A DNA stretch of 56,872 bases, the filler included, from Sphacelaria rigidula (lineage: Eukaryota), in NCBI GenBank assembly GCA_964200075.2. It is 7 parts of 7 records of this genome, joined end to end, with 100 filler letters (N's around TTAATTAATTAA, not from the genome) between each part and the next. Parts side by side here need not be neighbours in the genome. Positions count along the whole stretch, not along the records: positions 8,140 to 16,178 come from CAXNAA020012542.1; positions 16,279 to 24,317 come from CAXNAA020012543.1; positions 24,418 to 32,456 come from CAXNAA020012544.1; 4 more parts are not named here. One strand, 5' to 3'. Below are positions 11,740 through 24,454 of the stretch, piece after piece (the stretch's first letter is position 1; each line of letters starts with the position of its first letter). The notes beneath the pieces were generated by a model, which was given only the letters and a program-made list of their open reading frames with translations, had not been told where the DNA came from and ran no database searches. Position numbers and translations under genes: made by a program.

Positions 11740-14700
11740 GGAGATACCCTCGAAAGCGATCGAGAGAGAGAGACGGTAAGGAAAGTCGGATGGAGTAAAG
11801 AGTGGACGGGTAAAGTACTAGTAGTGCTGGTATTCGGAGTCCGTAGCGATATGACAAAAATAGAGTTTAAAGTAAATGCAAATTAAGTCGGACTATACTG
11901 TTTGGAGAGAAGAAAAGTAGAACGGAAGGAAGAACACTTCCGACTCAAGCTAAAACAGAGCGCGAGTAAAGAGTGGGAAATGACAGAGACAAGTAAGGTG
12001 TCGACGTGGGTTAGAAGGGTAGGATGGAGAGTATGCATAGTCAATGGAACATCAAACCTGAGACGTGATCCACAGGTAAGCGGAGGAAAAGAGGAGCAGG
12101 AGCAAGTAAGTGCCCGAAAGGGGAAGGGGAGGGGACATAGCGACCCGGAGCACATACTATGTGCTCTTACACATTGGGGATGGATCTTTTATTGGTTTAT
12201 TGGGGATGAGGAACCCGGATAATTAAAATCTTCGTATCCACACCAATTCTTGAAAATATGGTTCCATTTCTTCAACTAATAATAGCTGTTGACAACTGCT
12301 ACACGCCATAGAAATTTGGATTTCGATCACTGAAATGTTGGGGTCCTAGGTGAAAAAACAATTTTGGGGAATTTCGGGTGTCCGAACGGACGCCAAAATG
12401 GTACCATATGTCGAAGATTTGGTGTGGATACGAAAATTTTAATTCTCCGGGTTCATCATCCCCAATAAACGATCCATCCCCAATTGTTAGATCCCGTGTT
12501 ATAAATAGAGACCAGACCGGAAACGGGAAGAAAAATCAAGCAAGGAAAAATAGATGTCAAAATGAAAGAGAGCGAACAGTAGCCAAAAGAGAACATATAA
12601 TGATTCGGAAAGGAAATTGAGAATGTGATCGTAGAAAACGTTTGGATTCGCCACAGACAAGCGCAAATAAACAAGAATAGCTTCACGAGTACGTAAACGC
12701 TACCTAGATCTAGCTGGAATCCAAGAGTCATGGGAGAAAGAGGGGGCGGACATAGGATGCAAATATGAAGAGTACGCATGGATAGGGAAAAAGCGGAAGG
12801 AATAGAATCCCAAGAGCAGAGGACCGGGGGGAGTAGGATTCTTATCACGGAGTATCTGTGTGACAGCATAGAAGTGATCGCAGGCTCGAAACTTGAAGAG
12901 AGCATATGGATAAGGGTAAGAGGAGAGCGGGGAACGAAATACTTCTTTCAGGGAGTATACATATGCCCACGGGATCGAAGAGTAGGGAGAACGATATACA
13001 GCGGAGGTTTGGAGAGATAGCACTAGATGTACATACGTATAAGAGGCAATAAGAAGTAATGCTAGTGAGACACTAGAATGCAAGGGTTGGAAAGCAGGTC
13101 AAGCGGATGATATCATGGGCAATACAGGGAAGATAAGAAGAGCACGAATGGGGTAGAAATACTGAAACTCCTTGAGAATAACTAGATGAAGACGCTGAAC
13201 GATAGGGCACACAAACCAGAGGCGTGATTAACATGGACTCGAAAATGCAAAGACGAGAGAGAACCCTCCGTTCTTGATTATGTAGTGGTAGAGCATGAAA
13301 ACATTCAGGAAATGGAAGTAACTGTGTGCGCGGAGGACATGGGAACTAAATTGCCTAATGTAGGCAGAGAGCCAACAGATGAGATCTTCTAAGAGAATTA
13401 GGCGAGGTAGGAAGTTGTACAAATGGAGAATCAATAGACTAGATATGGAAGCAAAACAGCAAAAGTTTCGAGAAGAAATGGCCAAGAACGCAGTGAAAGT
13501 GTTCGAGCTGCTGGAAAGCGTAGATACACTTGGTACCGAAATAGGAAAGGATCGTGCAGAAGCGAAAGTTATTGAAAGATGGACACAGTTGGTCAAAAAC
13601 ACAGCGAGTAAAGTCATCGGGAAGAAACTAATCGTGTGCAACAGAGCAGTAAAATGGGGGGGTGAGGAAGTGAAAGAGGCTATAAGAGTAAGGAGAGATG
13701 CCCACGAGAGATTCATATCGAGTACAACTACGGTACGATGAGAGAAGTATTCTTGAGCTCAAAGAAAAGTTAAAACAATAGTAGAGAAGAACAAGAAGGG
13801 AGTATGGGAAGGTGTAGTGAACGGAACAAATGAGGATTTCGATGGTGGGATGACACGAATGTGGGTAGGAATAACAGAGCTCATGAAAAATCAGGCATAG
13901 ACATCGGGACAGCCACACTACGGGTACAGAACAGTAAAATGGTCAGTACTTCACAAGCGAAGAGAGATACTAGTCGAGCACTACCGTAAGCTAGGATGAT
14001 CAAAAACTATCGCGAAACTCGACACGGAATACGAAAAAAAATCAACGTGTGGGCAGAGGCAAATGTAGAGGCGTCAAAACGGGAGGAAATTAGCTCCAAA
14101 GAATTGCAGAGAGTTTGCCAGAGAGGAAGTAAAGGAGCGTGTAGCTATACTCATGAACAAAAAGGCAGCAGGGGCAGACAGCATAGTGAATGAATTTCTA
14201 AAGTACGGGGGAGAGGGAAAGATGACCATGATGGTGACGCTGTATAGCTGGATCTAGGAAAACGAGTACACATCCAACAGGCGGAGAGAAGGAGTAGCAA
14301 TAAACCTTTTAAAAAAGAAGCAAGGTTGACCCACGGTATCATTGAGGAATAACGCTACTGAGCACCGTAGGAGAAATGTTCTGGAAGACTCTGAACGATA
14401 GTGTGGGGACGATGGTGGAGAAAAGAACAAATTAGCGAGGAACAAGCAAATCTTAGACCAAATCGTACTTGGGTAGATCATGTGTACACATCAGGTAAGA
14501 CTACTCATGGCGGGAAAGACGCCGGGCTGACAGCGTACTCTCCTTTTTGGACGTGCAAAATACTTTTGACACAGTACGGAGAAATGGGGTGTGGGAAAAG
14601 GTGTGGGAAACTGGGATCGGAGGAAACATGTGGAGAATGGCGAAGATGACAGAATGTGCCAAAAGTGCCATGACGCTAGACGGGAAAATATCGAAATATT

Positions 14701-16162
14701 TTGATAGTTTACAAGGAGTTGCACAAGGATGGACGCCATCACCAAGCTTATCAAAGTATTTATCAATGACCTGATAATAGCAGTAGAAGCAGCAAGGCAA
14801 GCAGTCAAGGTAGGGGAAGATAGGGTGTCAGGATTGATGTTCGCGGGGTGGTTTCGTAGGAATATCAAAAACACCAGAAGGATTGCAGCAGCAAATAGAG
14901 GAGGCGTTAGAGTACACTAGGAAATGGAGAGTGACAGCGAACGTTAACAAATGCGCGGTACTCGTTCGTAACGAAGATGAGAAAAACCCGGTAGATATCA
15001 AATGGAAGTGAGGAGAAGAGAAACTGCTGTTCGTGGACTAGTATGCATACCTTGGCGTAGATATCTCAATAAACTGTTGTTGGGATGCACAGATAAAAAG
15101 GTAATGGAAAAGGGTAGGGCGTAGATGAGCAGGATGGACGTGATTCTCAGAGACTCGCACCTAGATACTAGGATTAAGAGACGTATGTACCTGATGAACG
15201 TGATCGTACCAAAGCCGGAATTTGCAGGAGAAATAAGCGAGGGGAACGCGAAGTTGGTGAAGAAGTTGGGAAAAGTACGGATGTCAGCAGCTAAGAAAAT
15301 ACTTGTGTGCTCCAACACGACGAGTAATACAGCTTTGAGAGCAGAGTTGGGAATGAACCCACGTGAAACATACAGAAATTTGAGAGAGTTCAGATGGCAC
15401 TGTAACGTAAAGAACGTGCAGAGAAATAGATTGCCAGCCATTGTTGATAGAGCTGAGTGGAAGATAATGACGAAAGGGTAGACTGGAATGACGTGGGATA
15501 GGGAAGTCGAGAAAGTATGGAAGGAGATAGGAGGAAACCAAGACGAAATACATAAATGAAGACGCGGGGTACAGGCAAAAGCAAGAGATATGGTCGAAAT
15601 AAGGGAAAAAGGAGCGCTCAGACGCAACGTAGACGAGGCAAGAACACCTGAAGATATACGGGAGGTTGAGAGAGGATACGGATGAAAACATATCTGCATG
15701 GCTCAATGGACGCTGCGAAAAATATGGAACTGCGATTTTGGGTGGGGGACCTGGACCTGCCAGAAAAAGAAATAGATATACCAGTCGTCGAAAGGAGGAG
15801 GAAGTAGATAGACAGAACTGCCTCCGTGGCAAAGGAATAGAGAGCAGAAGTCATGTAGTGGCAAAATATGAGCTATAGAAAGAGGAACGGGACGTGCTAA
15901 AGGGGGAAATGCGGGACATGAACAAAGGTGGCATGAAACCGTTTGAAGTATTAGACAGTAGGGAGGTAATGATGGCTATGCTAGGAGATAGATGGTGACC
16001 ACAGACGGCAAAACATGCAGACGGGTTTGTGTAATATATGGAAGAAACGTAATGAGCACCGAAATGTTGCAGGTGTCTCTATAAGGAGTAGGAATGGTGC
16101 TCGGCCTCGAAAGGGATGCGTGGTCAATGGCCAAACGACTAAGGCAAGCAACAAATGAGTAC
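11740..16162 (+). mobile_element. Non-LTR retrotransposon (LINE) with AP endonuclease and RT, heavily decayed; 5' boundary approximate
   Basis: Endonuclease remnants EESIWIRV..GVYICP and SVLDYVVV; RT remnants KAAGADSIVNEFLKYGG, DVQNTFDTVRRNGVW, QGVAQG, KVFINDL, GLMFA; 3' end ...caacaaatgagtac then a C run. Confidence 0.9.
12165..12500. mobile_element. MITE family A copy nested in the LINE region, internally deleted
   Basis: TIR attggggatggatc...gatccatccccaat; body matches 8140-8300. Confidence 0.85.
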
Positions 16163-16465
16163 CCCCCCCCCCCCCCCANNNNNNNNNNNNNNNNNNNNNN
16201 NNNNNNNNNNNNNNNNNNNNNNTTAATTAATTAANNNNNNNNNNNNNNNNNNNNNNNNNNNNNNNNNNNNNNNNNNNNGGATCAAAAACAACAACACAGG
16301 TCCACGACCTCTATTTCATACAGACCCGCGCGCTGAGTACGAGATTCAGCCCTTCCCCGGTACAACCAGCGGAGGAATGACGTAGTTAATTTGAAAAACG
16401 AAAAATGTTGCTTCCCGAACCGTCTGGACAGTACGAATCCACCACCCAGAGAGGAGGGGGGCGGG

Positions 16466-16800
16466 GGTGTATTCATGACCTTGCATGCGGCAGTGACCCA
16501 AGAGCATTGCACTCGCACCCCTACTAAGCCGGGACGGAGCACGCCGGGTTTTCGCTGCACCAGGCTCGCAGGCACCGAGCGTGAAGTGTCGTGATTTGCA
16601 CGGCGAGTCGCTTGAGGGGTGAGCTGCATCCTACCAAGATTGTCCGGCCCGAAACGTACTAATTATCTGGCAGTTTGGATGACAGCCTCGAATGAGATGC
16701 TTGTTTTTCTGGTGTCTCCTCTGCAGACGCAGCCGTGGGATACATTGCATCTTCGGGAGTGGGGAGTGATGTCCGACCTTCCAGTCCGTGATCAGTCCTG
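16466..16800 (-). mobile_element. 3' end of a second LINE-like family, may extend to about 17120
   Basis: Homologous to 48881-49090; tail (rc ...gcaaggtcatgaatac) resembles the tail at 16120-16162; flanked by a G-rich run. Confidence 0.6.
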
Positions 16801-17134
16801 AGCAACTTGACTGCAGGGTGAACAGATGGCTTGAGCTTACTTAATCAAATGACAACAAGCAAATCGACGTGTCGTCATTGCGGAGAAGCAAAAATATTCC
16901 AAGTTTCGCGGCATCTTCGTTCTTCCCTGACCCTGTCTTCAACGGTAACAACGTCTCCCACTTTGTCAGGCGCGAGGTAAACATCGGTCGGTGTTGAGGG
17001 TATCCCCTGGAACCGCTCGGAAAACGGACAATGAGTATCGTGAGACGACTCGACCTGGGGGCCAGAAAGCTGATCAAGTTCATGTCCACGAAGCGCCCCG
17101 CGACTTGTACAGCGATCATCTGTGTAATGCACCC

Positions 17135-17315
17135 GCGTGCTCGTAGTTCGAAACACCGGAGGAGCGACGTTTTTCAAACCCAATCTGGCCAGTCCCCGCA
17201 GGGACTATGTCCCTGACCCCAACCCCAGCACTAACCTTAAGCCCAGCCCTAACTCGACCATGGGCATGTTCAAATTCCGATGCGGTCCTCCACGCGCGCG
17301 ATCCTCAGGCATTAC
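17135..17315 (+). mobile_element. TGTAATGC-TIR MITE (family B), partial
   Basis: Matches 22144-22354 including the ccctaa-like core and the right end gcattaca. Confidence 0.8.
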
Positions 17316-18777
17316 AACTCATGTACGGGTTGTGTTTTGAAGCCCAACTTCGTTTTCATCCCCCCTTCATCTCGCTTCCGCTCGTATACATCCCTGCCGT
17401 AGGTGGTCGACGCGGTACGACTCTTTCATGGCCTCGTCTACTTCAGCAGGAGAATCCGTGAAAGGCAGTTGAGACACGATCACCATCAATATCGTGTAGT
17501 GTGGGGGCTGTCTCAGAAATCGAACTTGCCGTCTCACAACGTGGACTCTCGCAAAGGATGCACGGAAGCCGTGAAGCTCACTCGCGTCCTGCAGCAAAAT
17601 ATGAAGAAGAAAAACGATGGTGTTCACCGGCCATTATTTGGCCAAGATGTATTACAACGCACAGTCTCCTCTTGAAGCAGCGGTAGGGGGGTCGAGGTTG
17701 TGGAACCTAAGCTGCGATCACTCTCGGACAGAAAACATTTGTGCGCCACTGGGCACACGTACGTCGAACCGGAATGCAGATTCTGGCTCAACTTGCTGCC
17801 GACGTGTTTTTCTTGTCGGCTCTCACAATCGCTTTTGTGATGTATCTTGCCACAAATCCTACCGCGTCAAAGATGGCGGCACGTTACCTACTCTATTATC
17901 CCTAGTGGCGCGCTGCCTACAACACGGTAAATTAAGATGGTTACATGTTTGATGAGCTCAAATGAACCGGCAAAAGTTGTGCTGCTATTTGTTTTACACT
18001 GATGTTCAAACACCTAGACATAGCGTTGTTGACATCGCAGCATTCCAACAATTGTTTGGTTCAAGCCATCCGACTACAGTACACGTATTTTACTACGAAT
18101 TACACCCACTTCATCACCGGGTGCGTCATCATGCTATGTGTACATCCTCCACCAACACAACAGGGCTCAGGCAGCCGGCTCTCGAAATGGGGAAAGTGGT
18201 GGAGCGTTTGTTGGAACGAATCGGCGGGCCGATATGCTCGCGAGTCTCGCCACGGTAGAACGCTGCTACACCTGCTCATGGTCCCCTCGTGACATGCATT
18301 GAAAACAACCCAGACGATGACATGAGTGGTGCCACGGTACAAGTAAAGATGCACAAAAACGTTCCGGGGCTCTTCACTAGGGGAGCTACTTGATGTGAAA
18401 CATCTAGGCCCGAAGGTGGAAGTTCAGACAATTCTTGACCTAAACGTGCACCCCTATCGTGTCGCCACCCACATATCATACGTCAACGGCGACCAAACGA
18501 ATCAACTCCAACCTGTCCGCAAAAAAATCGGTACACGACGAAAGCGAAAATGTCCGCCCTGAAAGACTGAAGATGCCACGTAAACAAGTTACGGGTACTC
18601 GCGTGGGACGACTCATCCCAACCAGGTTTTCACGAGGTGGCCATCACTCACTCACGCCGATGGGACGTATCGTGGATCTTGTCACATACCTATGAAACCG
18701 GCCGGTTGGCTCAACTACATGCCAAAATAATTCTCTGCAACTGTATACAATGACCGGGTCCAGGAAATTGCTACATG

Positions 18778-21700
18778 TTACACCGGAGCTGCCGTAGTAG
18801 GCGCAGCGGTCGTCGGGGCTGCCGTAGTAGGTGCAGCGGTCGTCGGGGCTGCCGTAGTAGGCGCAGCGGTCGTCGGAGCTGCCGTAGTAGGTGCAGCGGT
18901 CGTCGGGGCTGCCGTAGTAGGCGCAGCGGTCGTCGGGGCTGCCGTGGTAGGCGCAGGGGTCGTCGGGGCTGCCGTGGTAGGCGCAGCGGTCGTCGGGGCT
19001 GCCGTGGTAGGCGCAGCGGTCGTCGGGGCTGCCGTAGTAGGCGCAGCGGTCGTCGGGGCTGCCGTAGTGGGTGCAGCGGTCGTCGGGGCTGGCGTAGTGG
19101 GTGCGGCCGTCGTCGGGGCGGCCGTCGTAGGCGCTGCTGTGGGCGTCGCCGTGGGCGCCATAGTTTTCCTGACAGGTCCTCGTACCTTGCCTGTGAACGC
19201 AAGGACGTGAGATTCCCGAAGCAAGATATATCGAGCCATGCAGTGACTATGGAGTTGAAGGTTTGATTGGCATGGCCGCACGTTCATGAAGCCGAAGACA
19301 CCTCGCTGCATGCAGAGTGTGTAGTGTATGTTTTGCCACATGCAGACGGTATCGTGATCCTATGCGCGCTATTTTTTGCCAACACCAAGTATTTTCACAC
19401 CACTCCGTGATGATTCTTTAAAGCAAGCACCGCTGGGTGTTATGAACGATGTAAGTTATGTCCGCATTCTAAGGTATTACGAGGTCAAGCCTTGGTTGCG
19501 TCAACTTGCCATGTTTGGATTTCTAGTTTGTGGAATTTTCTCCCTTGCCTCGGGGGGCTGTATGAGACATCGCCAACACGTTCCTTGGGCACCATGCACT
19601 ACTTCTCGGAGGGGCGTCTAGCTCACTTGTCCGATTTGATCGGCTCCGCTATTTCGATGAGAGTTGTCGGGACAAATCTCCGGGCGTGAAGGTCCTCGGA
19701 AGATCATTCAACACATCTTGATTTTCTCTAGATTTGAGTTGTTCTTCCAAGGCCGCTTTCGAATCGTCGCAGCCGAGCGAATCGCAGCAGCGGGCTGTAC
19801 ACCTCCCGAGTGAGGCAATGCATGATAACCAAGACATTCGGTGACAATAATTGCTATTCGAGGGGCGGAAAGTGAACCAAGCCTCCAAAAGCCGTGAACA
19901 AACCAACAAGATTCGATGCCTTGGCACGTGGCGACGATTCAAGGAACACGCAAGCGGCGATATCCACGAGGGTGGGCATGTGGCCACTGCGCATCCATGT
20001 CCAGCGCATGTACGCCCATGACACACCCCACGAAAACCACCAGACTACAGTAGACATGCGGTCAACCCGTAAAAATCCGAGATCCGATTCCCACTTCCAG
20101 CATGCGGCAGTCCAGACAGTCCAACCCAATGACGCGGCCCTACAGCGTTCAGCCCCCCCGTATTCACAAACATCTCACCGTCGTCGTAGAAGTAGTAGTC
20201 GTCGTCGTAGAAGAGACGGTCGTCGTCGTAGAAGAGACGGTCGTCGTCGAAGGAATCGAACCGATTCCTCCTGCTGTGCTTCCTTCTCCTCCTGCCCTTG
20301 GTATCGTCACTGCTGTCGCTGCTGTCATTTCTATCATTATCCCTCTTGTTTTTCTTGTTGCTCCTCTTGCTCCTCTTCCTTCTCCTTCCCTTGTTGTCGT
20401 CGCTGCTGTCGCTGCTGTCACTGCTATCATTGTCTCTCTTGGTTTTCTTGCTCTTCTTGCTCTTTTTGCTCTTCCCCTTTCTCTTTTTCCCCTTTCTCTT
20501 TTTCCCCTTCTTCCCCTTCTTTCCCCTTCTACCCTTCTTCTTTCCCTTTCTCTTCCTCCCGTTCTTCCTCCTCTTCCTTTTCTTCCTCGACTTCTTTCCC
20601 TTTCCGCGCACTGGCTTACGCTTCCTGTCGCTGAGACTTCTGCTCAAGTCGCCTGGAGGATTTGCGCGTTAAAGGTGCATATGACGGTCCCGTCCAAGGG
20701 ACGACGGTGCAGCAACGTGAAGGTCACCATCATGATGAAAAAATAACACTCGGAACCTTTTAATGGGGGTCTACCGCGAATCCTACTGTTGTACACACCA
20801 TCTCAAACGGGTTCTCGTTGGTAGTGCAATGGGAACATCACCCGGTGTTCTGTCGTAGTTATTCACTCTCTAGTAAATTCGACGCGATTCATGCCTCGAT
20901 TTTGTAGACGCATCGCACTGTGCACTTTCCAACAGGAATGATGCACGCGCGCTTCACAGTAACTGTTGCTGCTGACGAAAGAGGCCGAAGATTACGGACA
21001 GTAATCTTCACGCGATGTGCCCGGACAGTCATTTTCACGCGATGCGCATGGAACAGACTCGCTCTGACGACGGTAACGCGTGGAAGGACCGCGTGCTCAA
21101 AATCGCACCGAAGTTTGGAACACCCCAGGATCGACGTTAACCAATCGGGCCAGTCCCTCTGCAGGGACCACGCCCCTGACCCTTACTCCAACCCCAACCT
21201 CAACCCTGAGAGTGTCTGACCTCCAATGCTCTCCCCCAAGCACGTGGTCCTCCCACGCATTGCTCGACTACAAACATGGGCAGGGGAAAACGCCCGAAAG
21301 AGTGTAATGCGAGGGAGGACCGCTTGCTTTTTGGACCGCATCGGAATTTGAACACCCACGGATCCACATTTTCCAAGATCGCTCGGGCCAGTCACCGACA
21401 CACACCCGGCCCCTACAGAGTGCCGGGACTAACCAGCCCACGTTGTACAGCACGTGAAAATTGCTCAAGGCCAACATCTACATTCTAGGAGTCATCCTAC
21501 GATAGGGGGGGGGTATTTGATTGCACGAAAAAAGAGGCTCAAAAGTGCTTCAGACGACCTGTCACACTCGCGGTGCGCTTGTATTTGGTTCAAAGCGGTG
21601 TCAATCGGTATGAACGAGCGTTATATATCTATAACAAGCTCGTTCGAGCAACCGTTGCTCCCTTCAAGGACGATTTGACTCGGAATTTCGTGCAAGATGT

Positions 21701-21958
21701 AGCCCAAAATATACCCTCCGCACCCCCCCCCCCCGTTGTAGGATGACTCGTAGAAGGTGCAACGAATCGCTAAAGTCCAGCATTTACACTTCAGGTGATG
21801 GAGCATGGGCGCTTGTGCTACTTTTCGGCATTCAGCCTTCCCCACCGACGGGATGCACCTACCATGCGTCGATGCGGGAGTCAAGGCATCCGTCAAGGCG
21901 AGAGCTCCCTCATCATGCTCCGCGGCGTCCAAGCGCGCAAGGGCCGCAACGGATGATT
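18778..21958 (-). CDS. Spliced gene (5' exon not found) for a modular low-complexity, probably secreted protein. Exons 21958-21863, 20652-20179, 19794-19627, 19190-18778; in-frame TAG at 19651-19649
   Basis: All introns GT-AG and phase 1; internal exons 96, 474 and 168 bp; joined frame reads ..TPASTH/GDLSRSLSDRKRK..(K/R-rich)..(DSSDSSDD)..DDDYYFYDD/ARCCDSLGC..TPGDLSRQLSSK*RSRSNRT/SKVRGPVRKTMAP(TTAAP)nV*. Confidence 0.75.
18782..19140 (-). repeat. 15-bp coding minisatellite (30-bp higher-order unit) encoding about 23 PTTAA repeats
   Basis: gctgccgtagtaggc/gcagcggtcgtcggg alternation; most variants are synonymous in the minus-strand PTTAA frame. Confidence 0.95.
21073..21262 (+). mobile_element. 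MITE family B, diverged copy; inverted partial end at 21303-21360
   Basis: gtaacgcgtggaaggaccgcgtgct...agcacgtggtcctcccacgcatt. Confidence 0.75.
21489..21749. mobile_element. GAG-terminal MITE (family C, Sola-like)
   Basis: TIR gagtcatcctac...gtaggatgactc; flanks ctag/gtag; close copy at 22689-22938. Confidence 0.85.
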
Positions 21959-22143
21959 CTAGCCGGCGTGTTAGGGAACATGGGGGCGGCGGAAAATGCA
22001 TTGGACGAACATTTTAATGAATACAGCGACTGCGCCTACGACCAGCATACGCCTGTTTGCAAGGAATACAAGCGCTCGGAGTGTAGAACACAAGTTCGGT
22101 CCAAGTGGGGAGGGTGGGGGGAGCGGGAGGCTCGGCAGGGGAG

Positions 22144-22354
22144 TGTCATGCGTGAGAGGACCGCGTGCTTAGAGGACCGCGCCGTGGTTCAAAACACCTC
22201 AGGATCGACGATTTTTGAAACCAATCGGGCCAGCCCCTGCAGGTACCACGCCCCTGATGATAACCATAACACTAACCCTGACCCTAACACCAACCATAGG
22301 GATGTTCAAATTCCGATGCGGTCCTCTAAGCAGGCGGTCCCCTCACGCATTACA
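22144..22354 (+). mobile_element. MITE family B, complete, 6-bp TSD GGGGAG
   Basis: About 37-bp TIR tgt(c/a)atgcgtgag..accgc.tgcttagaggaccgc; ggggag on both sides. Confidence 0.9.
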
Positions 22355-22637
22355 GGGGAGGACCTGGGCAACTTCTCGAATCTGGCGTGGTAACAGCAGC
22401 TTACTGGTGTTGGCGTTCCAACAGAAAACTGCTCAACTTTAGTATGCTTGATTCCAGCCCAAGAGGAAATACTACTGGATTCTAGTAGAAGACGTTCACA
22501 AGTGCTTGGTTTTGTTTAAAGGAATCGGAGCAAGACGGCACATGTTACGAGACACTCAGACATGATGACCACCGCAGGCTATTGACTGTAAAATGATGCC
22601 CTGTGCTTGACGCGAATAACGCCTGCCCGGACGACGC

Positions 22638-23075
22638 TGTAATGCGTGGAAGAGCCGGGTGCTTGGGGGACCGTATCGTAGTACAAAAGAGTCATCCTAC
22701 GATAGGGCGGGGGGGTGTTTGATTGCACGAAAAAAAAGGCTCAAAAGTGTGTCGGACGACCTGCCACACTTGCGATGCGCTTGTATTTGGTTCATAACGG
22801 TGCCAATCGTTAGAAATGAGCGTTATTTATCTGTAACAAGCTCGCTCGAGCAACCGTTGCTGATATCAACGACGATATGCCTTGGAATTTCGTGCAAGAA
22901 GTGGCCCAAAATAACCCCCCCCTATCGTAAGATGACTCAAAACACCTCAGCATCGACGTTGTTCACAGTGAATCGTGCCAGCCCCCCTGCAGGGACCACA
23001 CCACGGGCTCTAGCCCCAACACCAACTTCAACACTAACGCTAACGAATGGGATGTTCAAATTCTGATGCGGTTGT
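22638..23075 (+). mobile_element. MITE family B interrupted by a family C MITE (22689-22938, TSD AAAA)
   Basis: Family B sequence resumes at aaaacacctcag after the insert; aaaa duplicated. Confidence 0.85.
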
Positions 23076-24454
23076 CATGACTTTGGGTCAGGAAGAGCGC
23101 GGCTTTTGAGTTACCTCGTACCTCATTTTTTGGTCCAACCCTGTTCTTGAGAATCCGCTGTCAATAACAAACAGAGAGGTACATCACTGTGCTGACGTTC
23201 CTTCATGTCGAGAATACCACTGCATCTGGAGGTCGAGTGTGTGTTGCCATTACTCTTCACCGAAAACTGTTGCAGTGACATCTACGAAGACATCCGAGCC
23301 AGCTTATCTACAAAACCGGGTAGACAGTACTTGCAGATTATTTCGCCGACCTTTTTCTGTGGTCTCGGACCGCTACCGAGTACCCTCCCTGTACGTTCAA
23401 GGCAAGGTAAAACTAGACCCACACACGCAACACGTCCATGTTACAGCAACGCCGCGCCCTCACTTGTGGTCTCGGCCACGCGTATCACGTGGCCACGGCT
23501 GGATCCTCAAACCTCACCTCCAATCACAGGACTCGCCGACAGGGTCAAGCAGAAGGTGATTCCCAAAAGGCCCAAGCCCAGATTCTTGGCAGACCACATG
23601 CTATCCGCGTGGTTCTGTCAGCGAACGGGAGCAGGAAATGGAACATATCGGTCAGGGGCAAGCACCACTCGATGACGGCATGCTTGAGGTTGTTTCATGT
23701 GTGCTGTGCAGCTACGGGGATCCGTTTTCGCGAGTGACGAGAGGTACGATGGGCTCTGGGTTGATCCATGTGACGTACGAAGAATATGGCATATCCGAGG
23801 TTTGATTGTATAGGTTGCTTCTATCAACACCAAGGAACGATCGCTTTTTTTTATCCGCTTTCGAGGCAGCATCCCATGCGCAAAATACAGCACGCCAAGC
23901 TACCTGGTGTCGTGCCTGCTCCGAAGAGGACGAATACCTCAAAGTTCTTCCATCAGTGTACCCGAAGGTCCCGTGGGGTTGATACAGAATCCACAACCAC
24001 TTTACGTGAATTCGGGTGGTTTGGAGCTCGTTTACTCTTCACGAATACACATTTGCATCGCCACTGTGTACGATTAGGATGTAGGCTAACCATACGGCTT
24101 CCGAGTAGTCATGATCGGCGGTAGTACTTGACCCGAGAAATTAGTGGACCTATACTCACGCCAAGTCCTTGTGAACTTGGGGGCACTAAACGAAGTGATG
24201 ATGTCCTTGCAGGAACTCCAAGTAATTTTTGTCCATGCTGACTTTCAGCAGTGCCTTCCCCTGGTCGACCATCAAGTCGAATTTGATGTACCCACGACAT
24301 AGTTTCTCTACACTGTTNNNNNNNNNNNNNNNNNNNNNNNNNNNNNNNNNNNNNNNNNNNNTTAATTAATTAANNNNNNNNNNNNNNNNNNNNNNNNNNN
24401 NNNNNNNNNNNNNNNNNTATTGTGTGAGGTTCCAAGGTTACTCCACCTGGCCTC

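Noticed and set aside
18771-19266. Arg-rich and VVGAA ORFs over the minisatellite
   Set aside because: Shadow frames; splice phase and synonymous variation support only the PTTAA frame
19894-20746. Plus-strand Cys/Ser-rich and Leu/Phe-rich ORFs
   Set aside because: Antisense shadows of the Lys/Asp-rich exon
23100-24317. Possible retroelement fragment
   Set aside because: No convincing RT, RNase H or integrase motif could be read
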